64,000 nucleotides of DNA from Octopus sinensis (Eukaryota), in NCBI RefSeq assembly GCF_006345805.1, contig NC_043001.1, positions 131,006,001 to 131,070,000 of the forward strand, written 5' to 3'. A model generated the notes under the pieces. That model did not search any database. It saw nothing but the letters and a program-made list of their open reading frames with translations, and had not been told where the DNA came from. Positions 61,430 through 64,000 of this stretch are shown here, piece by piece. The number at the start of each line of letters is the position of its first letter. The first letter of the stretch is position 1. A program made the position numbers and the translations under genes.

Positions 61430-62059
61430 CTACTTGCTTTAATCAGTCGACTGTGGCCATGCTGGGGCACCACCTTCAAGGGTCTTCAGTCGAACTAACT
61501 GACCCCAGGACTTATTCTTTGTAAGCCTAGTACTTATTCTATCAGTCTCTCTTGTCAAACAGCTAGGTTACAGAGACATAAACACACCAATATCGGTTGT
61601 CAAGCGATGGTGGGTGGACAAACACTGACACAAAGACACACACACCTAAATACATCCCCCTCATATCATCATCATCGTTTAACGTCCGCTTTCCATGCTA
61701 GCATGGGTTGGACGATTTTGACTGAGGACTAGCGAACCAGAAGGCTGCACCAGGCTCCAATCTTGATCTGGCAGAGTTTCTATAGCTGGATGCCCTTCCT
61801 AATGCCAACCACTCTGAGAGTGTAGTGGGTGCTTTTACGGGCCACCGGAATGGGGGCCAGTCAGGCAGTACTGGCAACGACCACGCTCAAATGTTTTTTT
61901 CACGTGCCAGTAAGGTGACGCTGGTAACGATCACGCTCAAATGGTGCCTTTTACGTGCCACGGCACAGAAGCCACTTAGCTGCTCTGGCAATGATCACAG
62001 GCGGATGGTGCTCTTAGTGCCCCACTAGCATGGGGCACAGGTGCCAGTAAGGCAACACT

Positions 62060-62105
<46 letters not shown>

Positions 62106-62350
62106 CAAATAAATGAAAGAATGGAGTTGAACGACGAATTAACAAAATTCCTTTATTTTCGACATATGTTTCGAAGGCTGCATATTCCAAATTTCGAAAG
62201 AATAAGGGGTGCATTATGCCGCCTTCTCATCAGGAAAAACAAGGAACTTATGTCAGCATCAAGATGCACAAAAACTATATATATATATATATATATATAT
62301 ACGATGGTCTTCTTTCAGTTTCTGTCTACCAAATCCACTTATAAGACTTA
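61430..62350 (-). mobile_element. Nested cluster: SINE-A split by SINE-E (61666-62054) and a hammerhead element (62107-62275)
   Basis: SINE-A right arm 61430-61640, left-arm piece 62301-62350, insertions in the (TA)n centre. Confidence 0.7.
62145..62249 (-). ncRNA. Type I hammerhead ribozyme, intact core (second copy)
   Basis: CUGAUGA (62233-62227), same stems II and III as 48756-48860, GUC with C at 62161; one stem I U-G pair of copy 1 is U-A here. Confidence 0.85.
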
Positions 62351-62465
62351 TAGGACACACTTGAGTTGAGATGTTTGACTAAATTCTTTAAGGCAGTCTC
62401 CCAGCATAGCCACATATGGTGGGAGACATGTTATTTGGTCTCTAATTTATATGTTAATGTTTTGG

Positions 62466-62537
62466 CACATCCACTGATGAGAACTTCGCCTTGCAAATTA
62501 TTTGCTAATTAAAGTTTGAAACCTGAGGTCCAGCTGT
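62466..62537 (+). ncRNA. Hammerhead candidate: intact core and stems II/III, stem I damaged
   Basis: CUGAUGA 62474-62480, GAACUU/AAGUUU stem II, GAAA 62518-62521, ACCU-g-AGGU stem III, GUC 62528-62530; stem I pairing poor. Confidence 0.45.
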
Positions 62538-62687
62538 AAAACATGGTAAACATTTTTACTTTTCATTCCCTTCGAAATTGCTCTTAACTGTGGTTTTGAT
62601 TTTTTGACTGTTCTTTCTAGTATGTTAGGCAACCTGTTAAGGCTCGCCTCTTTGTGTTTATATGTACACTAATTTATATGTATATGC

Positions 62688-62731
<44 letters not shown>

Positions 62732-63003
62732 TGTGTGCGTGCAGTACATATGAGAAGGAAGACAAAGAAAATGGAATTCACAAGATTCTTTATTGACCAC
62801 TATGATCGTTTTGATCCATTGTGCATAATCCTTTTTGGATGAGATTCTGTGCTAATAGTTGTAGTGTACCATTTGGTGCAGATGTGTTTTGCCAAGTGAT
62901 TTGTCAAAAGGCACTTCTTGCTTTAATCTGTTTTATTTATCTCAGCTAGAATAAATTTTGGCATTTTCCTATAGCTAGTGGCATTCAGTGGCATTATATT
63001 AGA

Positions 63004-63046
<43 letters not shown>

Positions 63047-64000
63047 CATGCACACATACACGTGCAAATATATATATATATATACACATACATGTGCATA
63101 TATATATATAAGGTGGTGCCCCAGCATGGCCACACCTTGTGAGCTGAAACTAGATAAAAATAAAAAATAAAAATAAAATATATATATATATATCACACAC
63201 ACATATATGTGCAAATATATATATATATAAAAATACATGTGCAAATATATATATATACATATATCACACACATATATGTGCAAAAAATATATTTATGTAT
63301 ATACACACACATGTACATATACAAATATATACACAGCATATGTTTGTACTAATAAAAAGAAATGTATTCGACTCTGTAATGTAGGAATATAACTTAATTT
63401 AGATTAGGTGATGCCAACACTGGCAACATTACCAATTTCTTTACATGAAAACAATCATGCAATTCTTCAAGCCACCAAATTGGTATAAAGTTCAAAACAA
63501 AAGCAAGCAATATTAATGCATGAAAGCTTTCCTCTCATTAGCTAGGAAAAGTCTCATTTTGATTGCGCATTATCACAAACATTAATTAGCATGAAATCAA
63601 GAGCTTTCATTGCTTGTATTCAGAAAGCTAAAAAATGAACACTCACAAAATCATATATATTACAATTCACTGTCTTTGAAGAAGTTTGTATAACATTTAT
63701 TTTTAGAAACCCTACTTTCTGTCAATAAAGGAATAGAGAAACACAGAAAGTTGAAATGGTGTAGTATTGGCAAAAAGTAGTAGTGTCAATAAAGGACACA
63801 TTAAAAAATACTTTCAGGAGATGTTAAACTGTTCTGCATTCTTTCTTGTGTCTTTTTGATCTATATTTTTCTCTCTTTCATACTTAGGAATAGTGAAATA
63901 CAGATAGAGAATAAGAAACACCCATGCAGAGAAACAGAGAGAAACATAAGAGTGAGAGAGGGAGGAATGTTGGTCTTGATGGTGACCCCCTTCGGTCAGA

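Noticed and set aside
31-63283. Dozens of ORFs rich in YI/HT/CV/YVYM or poly-L/S/T/N/H/I
   Set aside because: They are translations of (TA)n, (CA)n, (AGT)n, (AAT)n and (CAT)n microsatellites, open on both strands, with no protein-like composition.

Overview
AT-rich, repeat-saturated eukaryotic DNA. I recognise no host protein-coding gene, rRNA, true tRNA or CRISPR array; the window looks intronic or intergenic. The mix of tRNA-headed SINEs, microsatellites and TTAA/TA MITEs suggests a coleoid cephalopod (Octopus-like) genome; this is an inference from repeat families, not verified. Almost all ORFs in the track are microsatellite or SINE read-throughs. The only protein-like remnants are transposon-derived: an R4/Dong-type retrotransposon C-terminus inside (AAT)n (19.5 kb), Helitron helicase pieces (13.1-13.3 kb), a DD37D-type Tc1/mariner transposase (55.4-56.1 kb), mariner C-terminal codons in two MITEs (11.6-12.3 kb) and a CR1-type ORF2 end (56.8 kb). 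Repeat family names (SINE-A, -B, -C group, -E; MITE P1/P2) are my working labels. The most interesting signal is structural RNA. Two near-identical type I hammerhead ribozymes with fully intact catalytic cores lie on the minus strand (48756-48860 and 62145-62249). A third candidate has an intact core but a damaged stem I (62466-62537). Six decayed minimal hammerheads from four further families also occur, one fused behind a tRNA-derived Pol III head (17374-17637). They resemble Penelope-like pLTR or retrozyme modules and mostly sit in (TA)n or (AAT)n tracts, often the internal microsatellite of SINE-A, which repeatedly serves as a landing pad. All folds were read by eye; none was computed or tested, and coordinates of degenerate repeats are approximate.
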